A stretch of DNA of 64,000 bases from Octopus vulgaris (taxonomy: Eukaryota). The stretch is taken from positions 50,034,001 to 50,098,000 of the forward strand of contig OX597832.1 in NCBI GenBank assembly GCA_951406725.2. Direction: 5' to 3'. This document shows, one piece after another, positions 1 to 12,074 of this stretch. The stretch's first letter is position 1. Each line of letters starts with the position of its first letter. The notes under the pieces are model-generated. The model searched no databases. It was not told where the DNA came from and saw nothing but the letters and a program-made list of their open reading frames with translations. The position numbers and the translations under genes were made by a program.

Positions 1-84
1 GGCCATTAGCAGAGACTGGGTTTGAACCGAAGTCGCTGGCTCGATTCGCTGGGACGTTTTTTTGAGTAACCGCGCGCGCGTGTG

Positions 85-116
<32 letters not shown>

Positions 117-459
117 TGGTAGGTAGGTAGGTAGGTAGGTAGAGAGAGAGAGAACTAAATCCACTTCGTAGACTTGCTACTATAAAAATCAACACTCATG
201 GTAACAATAGCTTTCGGAATCAACTCTGCTTCTTAAAGTGTCCTGTTGCTATCTAAAAGAATCTCTCGAGATATTTCTCTGAAATATCCGATATTTATTT
301 ATTTATTTATGATTATTGGTCTTTATCTTGTATTTACATAATACCTCTTTACTATTAGGACGGCAGAATTGGTGAGAGCGTCGGACAAAATCTCTTTCAG
401 TTATTTAGTTAACGACTATTTTACGCTCTGGGTTTGTATCCCATCCTTTCGGGATACCT

Positions 460-600
460 ATTTCTTTATTACCCACAAGGGGCTAAACATAGAGGGGACA
501 AACAAGGACAGACATAGGTATTAAGGCGATTACATCGACCCCAGTGCGTAACTGGTGCTTAATTTATCGACCCCGAAAGGATGAAAGGTAAAGTCAGTCA
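460..600 (-). mobile_element. Meta-like tRNA-derived SINE (family B), 3' part
   Basis: Reverse complement of the family B body (ctttcatcctttcggggtcgataaattaag ... cccttgtgggtaataaagaaata) seen in full at 5843 and 31717. Confidence 0.8.
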
Positions 601-1030
601 AGTACTACAGTCAAATAGATTGACTCTACTCCTTTCTCCAAAATGTGTAGTCTTCAATATACGTTAACGTTTCTTCGTTTTGTTTGGTTGCTCTCACACG
701 GTGTAGATCCCCCACAGTTTTTGTGTTTTTTTCTTTATATTTAGCCCTTGTACTCAAACCTACGTGTTGAGTTTTTTATGATGGGCCTCTTTTGATATTT
801 GTTCCGGCTCTTCACGTTTCAGTCGTTTGGCTGTAGCCATGCTGGAGCACTGCCTTTGGTCGAACAAATCAATCCCAGGACTTATTCTTTGTAAGCCTAG
901 TACTTATTCCATGGGCCTCTTTTTGCTGAACTGCTAAGTTACAGGGACATAAACCAACATTGGTTGTCAGGTGATGGTTGGGGGCCAAAGACAGACACAC
1001 AAACATATACATATATATACATACATACAT

Positions 1031-1483
1031 ACATACATATATATATAATTAAGTTTCAGTTGAACTAGGTACTTCAGTTGAGGCACCAAGTCAGTCTGGT
1101 ATTATCTGCACAGCTCGAAGTAAGGTAAATAAAGTCAAATAAGTAGCAGGATGTCAGGTATTAATGCAGTAAGACCGTTTCAAGTGGCTCCATTTAATTG
1201 AACACTACAAGTATATATATGCAAAACCTAGCTATCTGGAGCCTACACAGGTGTATTTAAGGCACAGATTCAACCATCTCGCTACAGTCAAAAATTGTGA
1301 AGCATGACTGTCACCACCACTACATGAACCTGAAGATTGCATAATTTAATGCATGAAAGTGCTAGTTCAATCAGATTGAACATTTAACATTCTATTATTT
1401 TATTTTATTATATTATATTATATTATATCATTATAAGATTGTAAATAAAACGTGAAAATCTGACAAGGTTGGAATTCCTTTTA

Positions 1484-1488
<5 letters not shown>
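1031..1488 (+). mobile_element. Hammerhead-bearing insertion (Penelope/retrozyme-like)
   Basis: Unique sequence interrupting the SINE microsatellite; contains the HHR at 1325-1369 followed by an AT-rich end; no ORF recognised. Confidence 0.5.
1325..1369 (+). ncRNA. Type I hammerhead ribozyme (HHR1)
   Basis: TGAAC CTGAAGA T TGCAT-aattta-ATGCA T GAA AGTGCT A GTTCA: 5-bp stem I, intact core, 5-bp stem II, self-complementary stem III, CUA triplet. Confidence 0.7.
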
Positions 1489-1521
<33 letters not shown>

Positions 1522-1704
1522 GCTTCTTTCAGTTTCTGTCTACTAAATTCACTCATAAGGCTTTGGTCGGCTTGAGGCTATAGTAGGAGACACTTGTCCA
1601 AGGTGCCGTGCAGTGGGACTGAACCTTGAACCATGTGGTTGGGAAGCAAGCTTCTTACCACAGCTATGCCTGCATACAGACACACATATACACAGACACA
1701 CACA

Positions 1705-2092
1705 TCAATGGACATCGGCATGGCTGTGTGGTAAAAACTCTGCTTTCCAACTATATGGTCTTATTTCCACTGCATGGCACCTTGGACAAGTATCTTTTAC
1801 TACAGCCTCCAGCTGACCAAAGCCTTGTGACTGGATTTCGTAAATGGAAACTGAAGGAAGCCTCCTATATCTATGTGTGTGTGTGTATTTGTCCTCCACC
1901 ACCACTTGACAACTAGTATTGGTGCGTTTACATCCCTGTAACTTAACAGTCTGGCAAGAGAGACTGATAGAATAAGTACCAGGCTTGAAAAAAAAAAGCC
2001 AGTGCTGGGGTGGATTCATCCAACTATAAAATTCTTCAAGGTATTGCGTCAGCTCAGCTGCAGTCTACTGACTGAAACGAGTAAAAGATAAA
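1705..2092 (+). mobile_element. CORE-like tRNA SINE (family A), diverged, head-to-head with previous copy
   Basis: tggctgtgtggt A-box, accttggacaag CORE-like segment, gactgaaac...gtaaaaga tail. Confidence 0.7.
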
Positions 2093-2445
2093 ACATAATA
2101 TGCATATATGCAGACAATAGGTGAGACCTGGGTATGCTCAGTACAGAAAACTTATAATAGTGCTCAACATGATTTACACTTAAACTGTGAACTCTTTGGC
2201 CAGAGCAAGGCCTGCTCTGTCAAGAATGGATATGAGAGAAATCCAAACTGAGCTGATATACAGGTTGGAATGGTGATAAGTGCTGTTTGGCTTTATATAA
2301 ATATATTTACAGGGAACACAAGAAATACAGAATAAAATATTATATGACTCTGGACTTCCTGAAACAGACGTTGAGTTAGATATTACATATTTTTATATTT
2401 TATTTTGTATTTTTTGTACTCCATCTGAATTTTATTCTTTTTTTC

Positions 2446-2849
2446 TTTCTTTTACTTGTTTCAGTCATTTGACTGTGGCCATGCTGGAGCACCGCCTTCA
2501 GTCGAGCAAATTGACCCCAGGACTTATTCTTTGTAAGCCTAGTACTTATTCTATCGGTCTCTTTTGCTGAACCGCTAAGTTACGGAGACATAAACTCACC
2601 AGCATTGGTTGTCAAGCAATGTTAGGTGGGACAAACATAGACACACAAACTTATACACACATATATATATATATACATATATACAACGGGCTTCTTTCAG
2701 TTTCCGTCTACCAAATCCATTCACAAGGCATTGGTCGGCCCGAGGCTATAGTAGAAGACACTTGCCGAAGGTACTACAGAGTGGGACTGAACCCAGAACC
2801 ATGTGGTTGGTAGGCAAGCTACTTACCACATAGCCACTCCTACGCCTAT
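2446..2849 (-). mobile_element. CORE-like tRNA SINE (family A), full length
   Basis: A-box and B-box (ggttcagtccc) on minus strand, accttcggcaag CORE-like segment, internal (TA)n, conserved 3' end. Confidence 0.9.
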
Positions 2850-2929
2850 ATATATATAATTAGATATGTGTGTGTAAGTAATAATTAAATTGTTATGGAC
2901 TCTATTGTATTTTGTTATGTGTGGGATGC

Positions 2930-2996
2930 CCTGGTCTGTGGAAAAATTATCTTGCATGAAACTGATCTGTGATGCAAAAGAGGTTGGCGACTGCTG
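2930..2996. mobile_element. hAT/Charlie-type MITE end (MER1-like)
   Basis: ggtctgtggaaaaattatcttgcatgaaactgatctgtgatgcaaaagaggttggcgactgctg resembles Charlie MITE termini as recalled; not searched. Confidence 0.5.
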
Positions 2997-3143
2997 GTTT
3001 AGTTAGATTTATTTATTTTTATTTCATTATTTCATCTAGTTTCAGCTCACGAGCTGTGGCCATGCTGGGGCACCGCAAAAGCATTTAAAGCCAGGAACTT
3101 TTCAGCACCTCCTCATACAAATATGCATATGTGCATACATACT

Positions 3144-3340
3144 CTTTACTCTTTTACTTGTCTCAGTCATTTGACTGCGGCCATGCTGGAGCACCGCCTT
3201 TAGTCGAGCAAATCAACCCCGGGACTTATTCTTTGTAAGCCCAGTACTTATTCTATCGGTCGCTTTTGCCGAACCGCTAAGTGACGGGGACGTAAACGCA
3301 CCAGCATCGGTTCTCAAGCAATGCTAGGGGGACAAACACA

Positions 3341-3398
<58 letters not shown>

Positions 3399-3452
3399 CA
3401 TATATACGACAGGCTTCTTTCAGTTTCCGTCTACTAAATCCACTCACAAGGC
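3144..3452 (-). mobile_element. Family A SINE, 5'-truncated, abutting a mariner MITE end
   Basis: Matches family A from the tail to cacaaggcat; preceded by MITE TIR at about 3087-3117. Confidence 0.85.
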
Positions 3453-4213
3453 ATATTATTTAATGTTCTCTTCTTTGGTGTTATTTGAGGGAGATTTGGC
3501 TACTATTTTTAGCATATTGGGTAACAGTGTACAGGCTCTAATGTTGGTTGGTTACGTGACACTTTAATTTTCTCCTGGTAACAACAACAATTGCGGGAAT
3601 GCAACCATCATATTTTTTTATTTTTTATATATAATACTTCTTTTTTCGCCTTTTTTTAACTAATGAACAAATACGAATGCGAGGAGTGATGATGAGGGAA
3701 GTGGTGGGGGTTCACCGGAATCATTAAAATGTCTGCACTGATTGAGATAGCAATGAAAAGATGTGAATGAATTGTTATATAATAGGACAGAAATTTTTTC
3801 TTTTTTTGCTGGAAATGAAAAACAGGCCTTACTAAAGCAAGATATCAATAATACATCACGCAATGTAACGCCTCGTACGGAAAATGTTGGAAAAACACCA
3901 TCAAGACTACAAGAAGAAAAGAAAGGCACAAAAAAGCAAACTTATTTATGAATTCTGTTTTCTTCATCACTCAACTTGTTCATCCTGTAAAAATAGTTTT
4001 CTGCACTCTTTGAATCTAAGTTTTGATCATTTTAATGAGTTGTGAAGCTATTATTGTACTGAAATAAACACCTCAACCCCCCCCTCCCTCAAAAATTAGT
4101 AAACATGGAAACTATATTGTAATTATGCATCACATGTGTGCACGAACATGCTTGTATGCACACATGCTTCTCATATACATGTACTTAAAAGTTTTTCGTG
4201 ATAGATAGACTCA

Positions 4214-4850
4214 AAAGGCGGCAAGCTGGCAGAAACGTTAGCATGCCGGGTGATAATGCTTAGCGATATTTCATCGGCCGCAACGTTCTGAGTTCAAATT
4301 CCGCCGAGGTCGACTTTGCTTTTCATCCTTTCGGGGTCGATTGAATAAGTACCAGTTACGCTCTAGGGTTGATGTAATCGACTTAATCCCTTTGTCTGTC
4401 CTTGTTTGTCCCCTCTATGTTTAGCCCCTTGTGTGCAATAAAGAAATAAGAAACGTTAGCACGCCAGGCGATAATGCTTAGCGATATTTCATTGACTGCA
4501 ATGTTCTGAGTTCAAATTCCGCCGAGGTCGACTTTGCCTTTCATCCTTTTGGGGTCGATTAAATAAGTACCAGTTAGGCACTGGGGTCGATGTAATCGTT
4601 TTAATCCCGTTGTCTATCCTTGTTTGTCTCCTCTGTGTTTAGCCCCTTGTGGGTAGTAAAGAAATAGGTATTTCGTCTGCCGTTACGTTCCAAGTTCAAA
4701 TTCCGCCGAGGTCGACTTTGCCTTTCATCCTTTCGGGGTCAATTAAATAAGTACCAGTTACGCACTGGGGTTGATGTAATCGACTTAATCCCTTTACCTG
4801 TCCTTGTTTGTCCCGTCTGTGTTTAGCCCCTTGTGGCTAGTAAAGAAATA
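4214..4850 (+). mobile_element. Meta-like SINE (family B) head-to-tail trimer
   Basis: One full and two 5'-truncated units, each with gagttcaaattcc B-box and cctttcatcctttcggggtc domain; gata(ga)ctcaaaag on both flanks. Confidence 0.9.
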
Positions 4851-5172
4851 AGATACTCAAAAGAACGAGGATTCTTCTTGCCTGTTGTGACTGCTGAGAA
4901 AACCAGTTGCCTTCTTCTGCACCAACAACTGAAACGAAGTGCCAACATTTTAATATTGTCTTAAATTGCCATGCTACAACTTCTACACATGGTCTTTGTA
5001 TATGTCGAAGTCTTCTTGATATGAAGCTTCCAATCATTTCACACCGTAATAAAACAACTGTCAGTTCCTGCGATCCTCTGGGAAATTAAAACACACACTT
5101 GCATCACATTGTGTATATGCTGACACACCAACCTTGTTCTTCACCAATTTCTGCTTACATGGCTTTTGTTAA

Positions 5173-5203
<31 letters not shown>

Positions 5204-5842
5204 GATATTGATATTAGTGTTAAGTTGTGGTGGTGTATCTATGCCACTTATCTTGCTTAGCCTTCCTCTTTTTGATCAAACTACCTCTGAAAATGTGAGT
5301 TGTTTGAACATCGTGGTGGTGATGGCTGTGTGTGTATGTATGTGTGTGTGTACCACTACAAGTTTGGCACATAATCTAATTGATATGGCTTGATGTTTGC
5401 CTTGCCTTGCATACATGATGTAGCGTTCTGCAACTGTTTGATTGATTACGTGAGAGGATTGCAAGTGTTGGGAAGTCTGGGTGGATTGCATTTCATTTGG
5501 TGTCGTCCGTCCTATGCATCCTTGTAGGTCAGAAAAAAACTCTGTCCCCTGAAACGAGGCGCAAATGAATTAAAGCTGGTGCGAAAAATTAACACTAGCT
5601 TCATTGGGTATATGTGAGATGGAATAGATTTCGAGGTAATTAGTTGTGGTCTGTGTTGACAGTCAGTTCAAAAAGTGAACTATGGGGAGGAAATACCAAA
5701 TGTTTAGGGAAAGGACTAGCATAGTTATGTGATAAGGGAGCTCACTTCACTGTCACATCTTTCTGGGTTTGATCCTGCTGTGCAGTCCTTTAGACAAAGT
5801 TGCCTCTATGACAGCCTCAAGTTGCCAGTATTATATAATTTC

Positions 5843-6077
5843 AAAGGCGGCGAGCTGGCAGAATCGTTAGCATGCTGGGCGAAATGCTTAGCGGCATATC
5901 GTCTGCCGTTACGTTCTGAGTTCAAATTACACCGAGGTCGACTTTGCCTTTCATCCTTTCGGGGTCGATAAATTAAGTACCAGTTATGCACTGGGGTCGA
6001 TGTAATCGACTTAATACCTATGTCTGTCCTTGTTTGTCCCCTCTATGTTTAGCCCCTTGTGGGTAATAAAGAAATAG
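5843..6077 (+). mobile_element. Meta-like SINE (family B), full length, 15-bp TSD
   Basis: TSD gtattatataatttc at 5828-5842 and 6078-6092. Confidence 0.9.
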
Positions 6078-6458
6078 GTATTATATAATTTCTGGAATTT
6101 GCTAGAAAGAAACTATGACTAAGCTCTCTGTATGTGTGTCCTTGTAAACAAGATTTTCTTGTACCTAACGGTTATGTATGGTTGATGGGAGCCAGCAATA
6201 CCTACTACAAAATCACTTAGGTTTGTATGACACAGCTGTAATTAATAAACAACGAAAATGGTAAAATACGTTTTTTTTTTCTCTGACAATGGCACCACAG
6301 GACCATTAATAGAGAATCACTTCTGTGCTGATAAGATTTGTGTATTAGTAAACAAAATTATGTAATGGTTTAAATGTGAAACAGAAGCATAAGCTATTAG
6401 GGCTATCAGAAAATAACACAAATAATGTGTGTTTTTTTTTTTAGAAAAATATATTCTT

Positions 6459-6800
6459 AGGTACAGACATGGCTATGTGGAAAGAAGCTTGCTTCCCAAC
6501 CACATGGTTCTGGGTTCAGTCCCACTGTGTGGCACCTTGAGCAAGTGTCTTCTGGTATAGCCTCGGGCCAACCAAAGCCTTGTGAGTGGATTTAGTATAT
6601 GGAAACTGAAAGAAGCCCATTGTATATGTATGTATGTCTGGGTGTGTATTTGTGTCCGTGTTCACCCCCCTCCACTACCACTTGACAACCAATGTTGGTG
6701 TGTTTATATCCCTGTACCTTAGTGGTTTTGCAAAAGAGACTGATAGAATAAGTACAAGGCTTACAAGGGGGAAAAAAATTGAGTACTGGGGTTGATTTGT
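6459..6800 (+). mobile_element. Family A SINE
   Basis: tggctatgtgg A-box, gggttcagtccc B-box, accttgagcaag, body homology. Confidence 0.85.
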
Positions 6801-7243
6801 TTGGTTCAGATTTCTTCAATGCATTGTGCTGGAAACAAAAGATAAAAGATAAAATAGTTTCTCATCAAATCCTGATACAAGATCGAACCTTATCTGGGTT
6901 ATCCTTCCTTATCTGTCCTTTTAGATATATTGTATATAAGGACAAGACATTTACATCTGTCCATGCATATAAACAGTGGCTAACAATCCAAAGATATATT
7001 GTAACATTGTACACATTTGTCCATCTTGTCTGTCATTGACTCCACGACTAGTTTATAATTATCTAATTCATTAGATTTTACCCTTTCTTCCTTTTCTGTC
7101 TGTCTGTCTCTCTTTCACTCTCATGCTAATCTCTATCTCTTATGTTCACCCCTCTCTCTCTCTTGCTCACCCATTTCTCTCTCTCTTGCTCACCTCTATC
7201 TCTTCCTATATATGTGTGATGATTATTTTATACATTTTGTACA

Positions 7244-7486
7244 TTATTTACATTTGACGGATATTTGTCCTCATCTTGTTTGTTGCTAACACAACATTTC
7301 GGCTGATATACCCTTCAGCCTTCATCAGGTGTCTTGGGGGAATTTCGAACATGGGTTCTCAGTCCTAAGGTATTTTTCGATGTTATTATTATTGTTATTA
7401 TTCAGGTCACTGCCTGGAATCAAACTCAGAATCTTAGGGTTAGTAGCCCGCTCTCTTAACCACTACGCCGTATGCCCATGGGCATA
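7244..7486 (-). mobile_element. tRNA-headed SINE carrying a Penelope-type hammerhead (family H, copy 1)
   Basis: Minus strand: palindromic atgcccatgggcat, A-box ggcgtagtggt, gggctactaaccc anticodon-like arm, B-box gagtttgattcc, (AAT)n, HHR, end tccgtcaaatgtaaataat. Confidence 0.8.
7288..7333 (-). ncRNA. Type I minimal hammerhead (HHR2)
   Basis: GACAC CTGATGA A GGCTGA-agggtata-TCAGCC GAA ATGT T GTGTT; 6-bp stem II; stem III ATGT versus ACGT in copy 3. Confidence 0.75.
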
Positions 7487-7789
7487 TTTTCTTATTTTAC
7501 TGGTTTCATTCATTTGACGGTGGCCATGCTAGGACACCACCTTCAAGGGTTTAGGTGATTATCTCAATCCAAGAGCTTATTTCATTTTGGTACTCACCTT
7601 AATCAATCTCTATTTGTTGAGTTGCTATGTTATGGGACATAGGACATGACAATAAAGACAACACCAGTTTCCAAGCCAGTGCAAACATAAACACAGTTAC
7701 GCATCCAGATGTATTTATGTATATTTCTACATACATGCATGCATGTATACCTGCTTACATATGTACATACATAGATACATGCATATTTA

Positions 7790-8006
7790 CAAGGGGGTTC
7801 TGAAAAGTTCCTGGTTTTGTGTAAAAGAAAATACAAGAGGATCAGTTAATTATAATTTTATTCTGCATATTTTCCTCTCAGGTTCACATACTTGTTGCAG
7901 CAGTCCTTCAGTTTTTCTAAGCTCTATAAAAGAACTCAGAACATTGGACCTCCAACCGGGCCATTCGTAATACCTTTAAAGGCAGGAACTTTTCAGCACC
8001 TCCTTG
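7790..8006. mobile_element. mariner-type MITE
   Basis: TIRs caagggggttctgaaaagttcctg / caggaacttttcagcacctccttg, TA on both sides; related pieces at 3087-3117, 26443-26555, 43787-44064. Confidence 0.85.
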
Positions 8007-8032
8007 TACAAATATGCATATGTATGCATATA

Positions 8033-8482
8033 TACTCTTTACTCTTTTACTTGTTTCAGTCATTTGACTGCGGCCGTGCTGGAGCACCACCTTTAGTCGA
8101 GCAAATCGACCCCGGGACTTATTCTTTGTAAGCCCAGTACTTATTCTATCGGTCTCTTTTGCCAAACCGCTAAGTGACGGGGACGTAAACACACCAGCAT
8201 CGGTTGTCAAGCAATGCTAGGGGGACAAACACAGACACACACACACACACACACACATATATTTATATATATATACATATATACGACAAGCTTCTTTCAG
8301 TTTCCGTCTACCAAATCCACTCACAAGGCATTGGTCGCCCCGGGGCTATAGCAGAAGACACTTGCCCAAGATGCCACGCAGTGGGACTGGACCCGGAACC
8401 ATGTGGTTGGTTAGCAAGCTACTTACCACACAGCCACTCTTTTGCCGAACCGCTGAAACAAGTAAAAGAGTAAAAGAGAGTA
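8033..8482 (-). mobile_element. Family A SINE with an inverted second 3' tail at its 5' end
   Basis: Full minus-strand copy, then cttttgccgaaccg plus ctgaaacaagtaaaagagtaaaagagagta (8453-8482), the reverse complement of the tail at 8033. Confidence 0.85.
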
Positions 8483-8801
8483 ATATGTATAGATTGCATC
8501 CACACACACACACACATACATTGCTATATGCACACTCATACTCATACAATATATTACTCACATACCTATACAGACACACAAACATACACAATCATTCTTA
8601 CAGATGTCTCCATCTATCTAAATTTCATTTTTATTATTATTATTCATTCATGTGAAGCTATGTTCACCTGTTATTCGACGCACATCCAATTATTTTAATG
8701 TGATAGAGAGCCATCCGATGGTCAGTTCCTTACACGCAGCATTGACCTTCCTATCCTCAAGGTGAATTCTTAACGCAGAGTTCCCAATTAGCAAAGATGT
8801 T

Positions 8802-8840
<39 letters not shown>

Positions 8841-9068
8841 TTTTTTATATTTTTTTTATTTCACCTCCTCCCACCTCCCCCTTTTGTTTTTTAATTAATA
8901 ATAATGCTAGGTGTTTCTCCTGCTGTTTTCCGATTTCATTTCCTTCTCCCTTCGCCTTCCCTTCCACTTCTCCTTCATCCTTGCTGCCTGAAACCCTCTC
9001 GATGACTCTCTGGAGCGCTCAACCCAGCGGAAACACTTATTGCATGCTGACATCACTTACCGCTTCAT

Positions 9069-9124
<56 letters not shown>

Positions 9125-9681
9125 ATGCATTCTGTCTGCTCTTACACATACATATATGCGTACAGTGTGTGCCCTTACACACACATTCTGTCTGCCCCCC
9201 CCTCTCCACCTTACATGTACATACACACTCATATAATCTGTTCCTATAGACACAATTTAGATTATCTTGGCTGTAAACTACATAAAATCCCATATGTTCA
9301 GTGACAAAATAAACTTTGCTGCTTTTAGTCAGATGCAACAGCAACAACAATAACAACAACAATGGCCATAAAAATGGCATTATCATCATCATCATCATTT
9401 GCAGCAACATCAGTATCAGATTGATTGTTCTATCATCACAAACGTCTTCCAACATTATTCTTTTTAGTATAATTCAGAATAATACTGAATTATATATATT
9501 TTCTCCAAAGAGTTCTATTTTACTTTTACACTAACCAGTATACAATCTTGTAATTTCTTTAACAAGATTACACTTTGCTAATGAGGTTGTAATAATATCA
9601 GAAACGCTCTGAGTTGTCTCCCCATACTTGTCCCCGCAAACAACTGAAACTAAAACTAGTCATTGAATAGAATATTTTTTG

Positions 9682-10021
9682 CCAGAGCAGCCAACTGGCT
9701 TCCGTACAGGTGGCACGTAAAAGGGCACCATTCGAGCGTGATCGTTACCAACGTCGCTTCATTGGCACCTGTGCCGGTGGCACGTGTAAAAAGATTCGAG
9801 CGAAGTCATTGCTAGTACGCCTGACTGGCCCCCGTGCCGGTGGCACGTAAAAAGCACCCACTACACTCTCGGAGTGGTTGGCGTTAGGAAGGGCATCCAG
9901 CTGTAGAAACTCTGCCAGATCAAGATTGGAGCCTGGTGCAGCCATCTGGCTCGCCAGCCCTCAGTCAAAATCGTCCAACCCATGCTAGCATGGAAAGTGG
10001 ACGTTAAACGATGATGATGAT
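9682..10021 (+). mobile_element. RTE-tailed non-autonomous retroposon with tandem hairpin modules (family D)
   Basis: Three ~65-bp modules with gtgccggtggcac, then aggaagggcatccagc...catggaaagtggacgttaaac and (GAT)n tail. Confidence 0.75.
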
Positions 10022-10086
10022 GTTTGCTGAATAATTATTCCTTGTTAGGTTTTTAATATTTACTGTATTAAATACAGTAATATTAA

Positions 10087-10307
10087 CCCTTTAATGTTCA
10101 GATTACTCTGTCAAATGTAATATTCATTTATTCACATTGTTTTTGAATTAATCAAGCATTATCTCATAGACATGAGATTTCGATGATGTAATTGCTTAGT
10201 CTTAGAATGACATTGTAGGGTAGTTGCGAGAGGCAAAATTTGAATGGTTTGAGCATACAATAGGTAAAATATTTGGGCCAGGTACGGCCAGTTTAAATGC
10301 TAAACTG
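10087..10307. mobile_element. piggyBac-like TTAA MITE
   Basis: TTAA flanks and diverged cccttt...aaatgctaaa termini; same family at 14910, 23874, 24290 (inverted), 41213. Confidence 0.7.
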
Positions 10308-10420
10308 TTAACTTTGCTATTGTTTTTCATGCAGATGGCACCTCTGAACTATTTATTCCCTAAAGAATTTTATTTATCAGCAACAACCAATGCACTTTTA
10401 TTTAGTGATTTTCTCATCAA

Positions 10421-10816
10421 TACTTTTTACTCTTGTTTGAGTCATTTTAACTGTGGCCATGCTGGAGCACCGCCTTTAGTCGAGCAAATCGACACCAGGA
10501 CTTATTCTTTGTAAGCCTAGTACTTATTCTATCGGTCGCTTTTGCCGAACTGCTAAGTTACGGTGACGTAAACACACCAGCATCGGTTGTCAAGCGATGT
10601 TGGAGGGACAAACACAGACACACACACATATATATATATACATATATACGACAGGCCTCTTTCAGTTTCCGTCTACCAAATCCACTCTCAAGGCTTTGGT
10701 TGACCCGAGGCTATAGTAGAGGACACTTGCCCAAGGTGCCATGCAGTGGGACTCAACCTGGAACCAACCATATGGTTGGTAAACAAGCTACTTACCACAC
10801 AGCCACTCCTACGCCT
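10421..10816 (-). mobile_element. Family A SINE, full length
   Basis: Co-linear with other family A copies. Confidence 0.9.
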
Positions 10817-11524
10817 TGACTTCTGTTAAGACTATACTTTATAAATGAAGGAGTCATAATAAGGTAGAAACATGCTTGGAGTTATTACACACCTACTTTA
10901 GAAAATGAAAATAATATTAGTCATTCCCTGATATTGTTTCTTTTTCCCTGTCTCATACTTGTTTCTAGTTGGCCCTTTAATAATACTCTCTGCATTAACT
11001 TGATTACCAGCATACAAATACAAAAAAAGCTCAAAAAACAAAACAAAGAAAGTCTTATTTTAATGTGTTCATATTCAAGCTAATATCACATTCCTTCATC
11101 AATTGCCTTTAGTTTGACTTATAGACCAAACATCAGCTTAATGTCTGCAAAGCCGGTTGGCTATGTTACTAAGTCCCTCCAAATTCTTGATTGCTTTCGA
11201 AATTAATTTACACATATTGTTGGAAACAGGGTCACAAAAGAGTTAAATATGTTAACATTAACTTAACTAAAGCATTGAATCTAGAGTTCTATTATGGTGA
11301 CTGAATTGGCTGTTCGGCTTTAATAATTGTAATCTAATAACATAGTATAGCATGTGTGTCTGGTTTTCTGTGTAGCCAGTACATTGAACAACTATCTCTC
11401 CGAGATAGTTGCTATACAATTGATTTTGTTATGTGATTGATTCTATTGATTAATTCTAATCAAGATCTTATTCATATTTCTCCAATACTCATCATTTTTG
11501 ACCAGCTGCTCTACCCTAATAACG

Positions 11525-11563
<39 letters not shown>

Positions 11564-11759
11564 TTTGGTTGTGCTTCTAGGCTGAACAAAAACAATAATA
11601 CTAATTTCAATACAGGGTATTAAATTTTGTGGGAGGAAGTAGCTGATGAAAAATTGACTTTATTGGTACTCTGTTTTATTGAGCAGCATCATAGTTCTCA
11701 TTGCCGTTATCATCATCATCATCATTTAACATCTGCATTCCATTCTGGTATAGATTGGA

Positions 11760-12074
11760 TGTTGGAGAAGACTTTTATGGATTCCATGGACAGCGAGGCT
11801 CACCAATGGAGAAGTTCTTAAGCAGATCAGGCCGAAAATGTCGCTAGAAGCTAGGATTACCAAGCATGGAATGGCATATTTCGGTCATGTTATGCGGAGA
11901 AAATCCCTGGAGAAGGACATCATGCTCGGAATGGTCAGTGGCAAGAGAGGAAAAGGCCGACCAAGAACCCGCTGGCTTGACACCATCAAGAGTGATATCG
12001 GAATGGACATAGCCAGTCTGAAAGAAGCGGGCCAGGATAGAACTGACTGGAGGACACTGATCCAACGAGTAACC
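11760..12074 (+). mobile_element. RTE-BovB clade LINE ORF C-terminal fragment
   Basis: CWRRLLWIPWTARLTNGEVL...YFGHVMRRKSLEKDIMLGMVSGKRGKGRPRTRWLD...DRTDWRTLI, matching the BovB C-terminus pattern; inserted in a reversed RTE-tail repeat, tggatg on both sides. Confidence 0.9.

Larger units (their letters stand above)
816..1672 (-). mobile_element. CORE-like tRNA SINE (family A) split by a ~460 bp insertion in its internal (TA)n
   Basis: 3' half at 816-1030 and 5' half at about 1490-1672 are co-linear with intact copies such as 49029-49447. Confidence 0.75.

Noticed and set aside
1-85. Possible Pol III RNA (B-box-like ggttcaaacc on minus strand; T7 run on plus strand)
   Set aside because: No A-box at proper spacing, no cloverleaf or recognisable family; truncated by the window start
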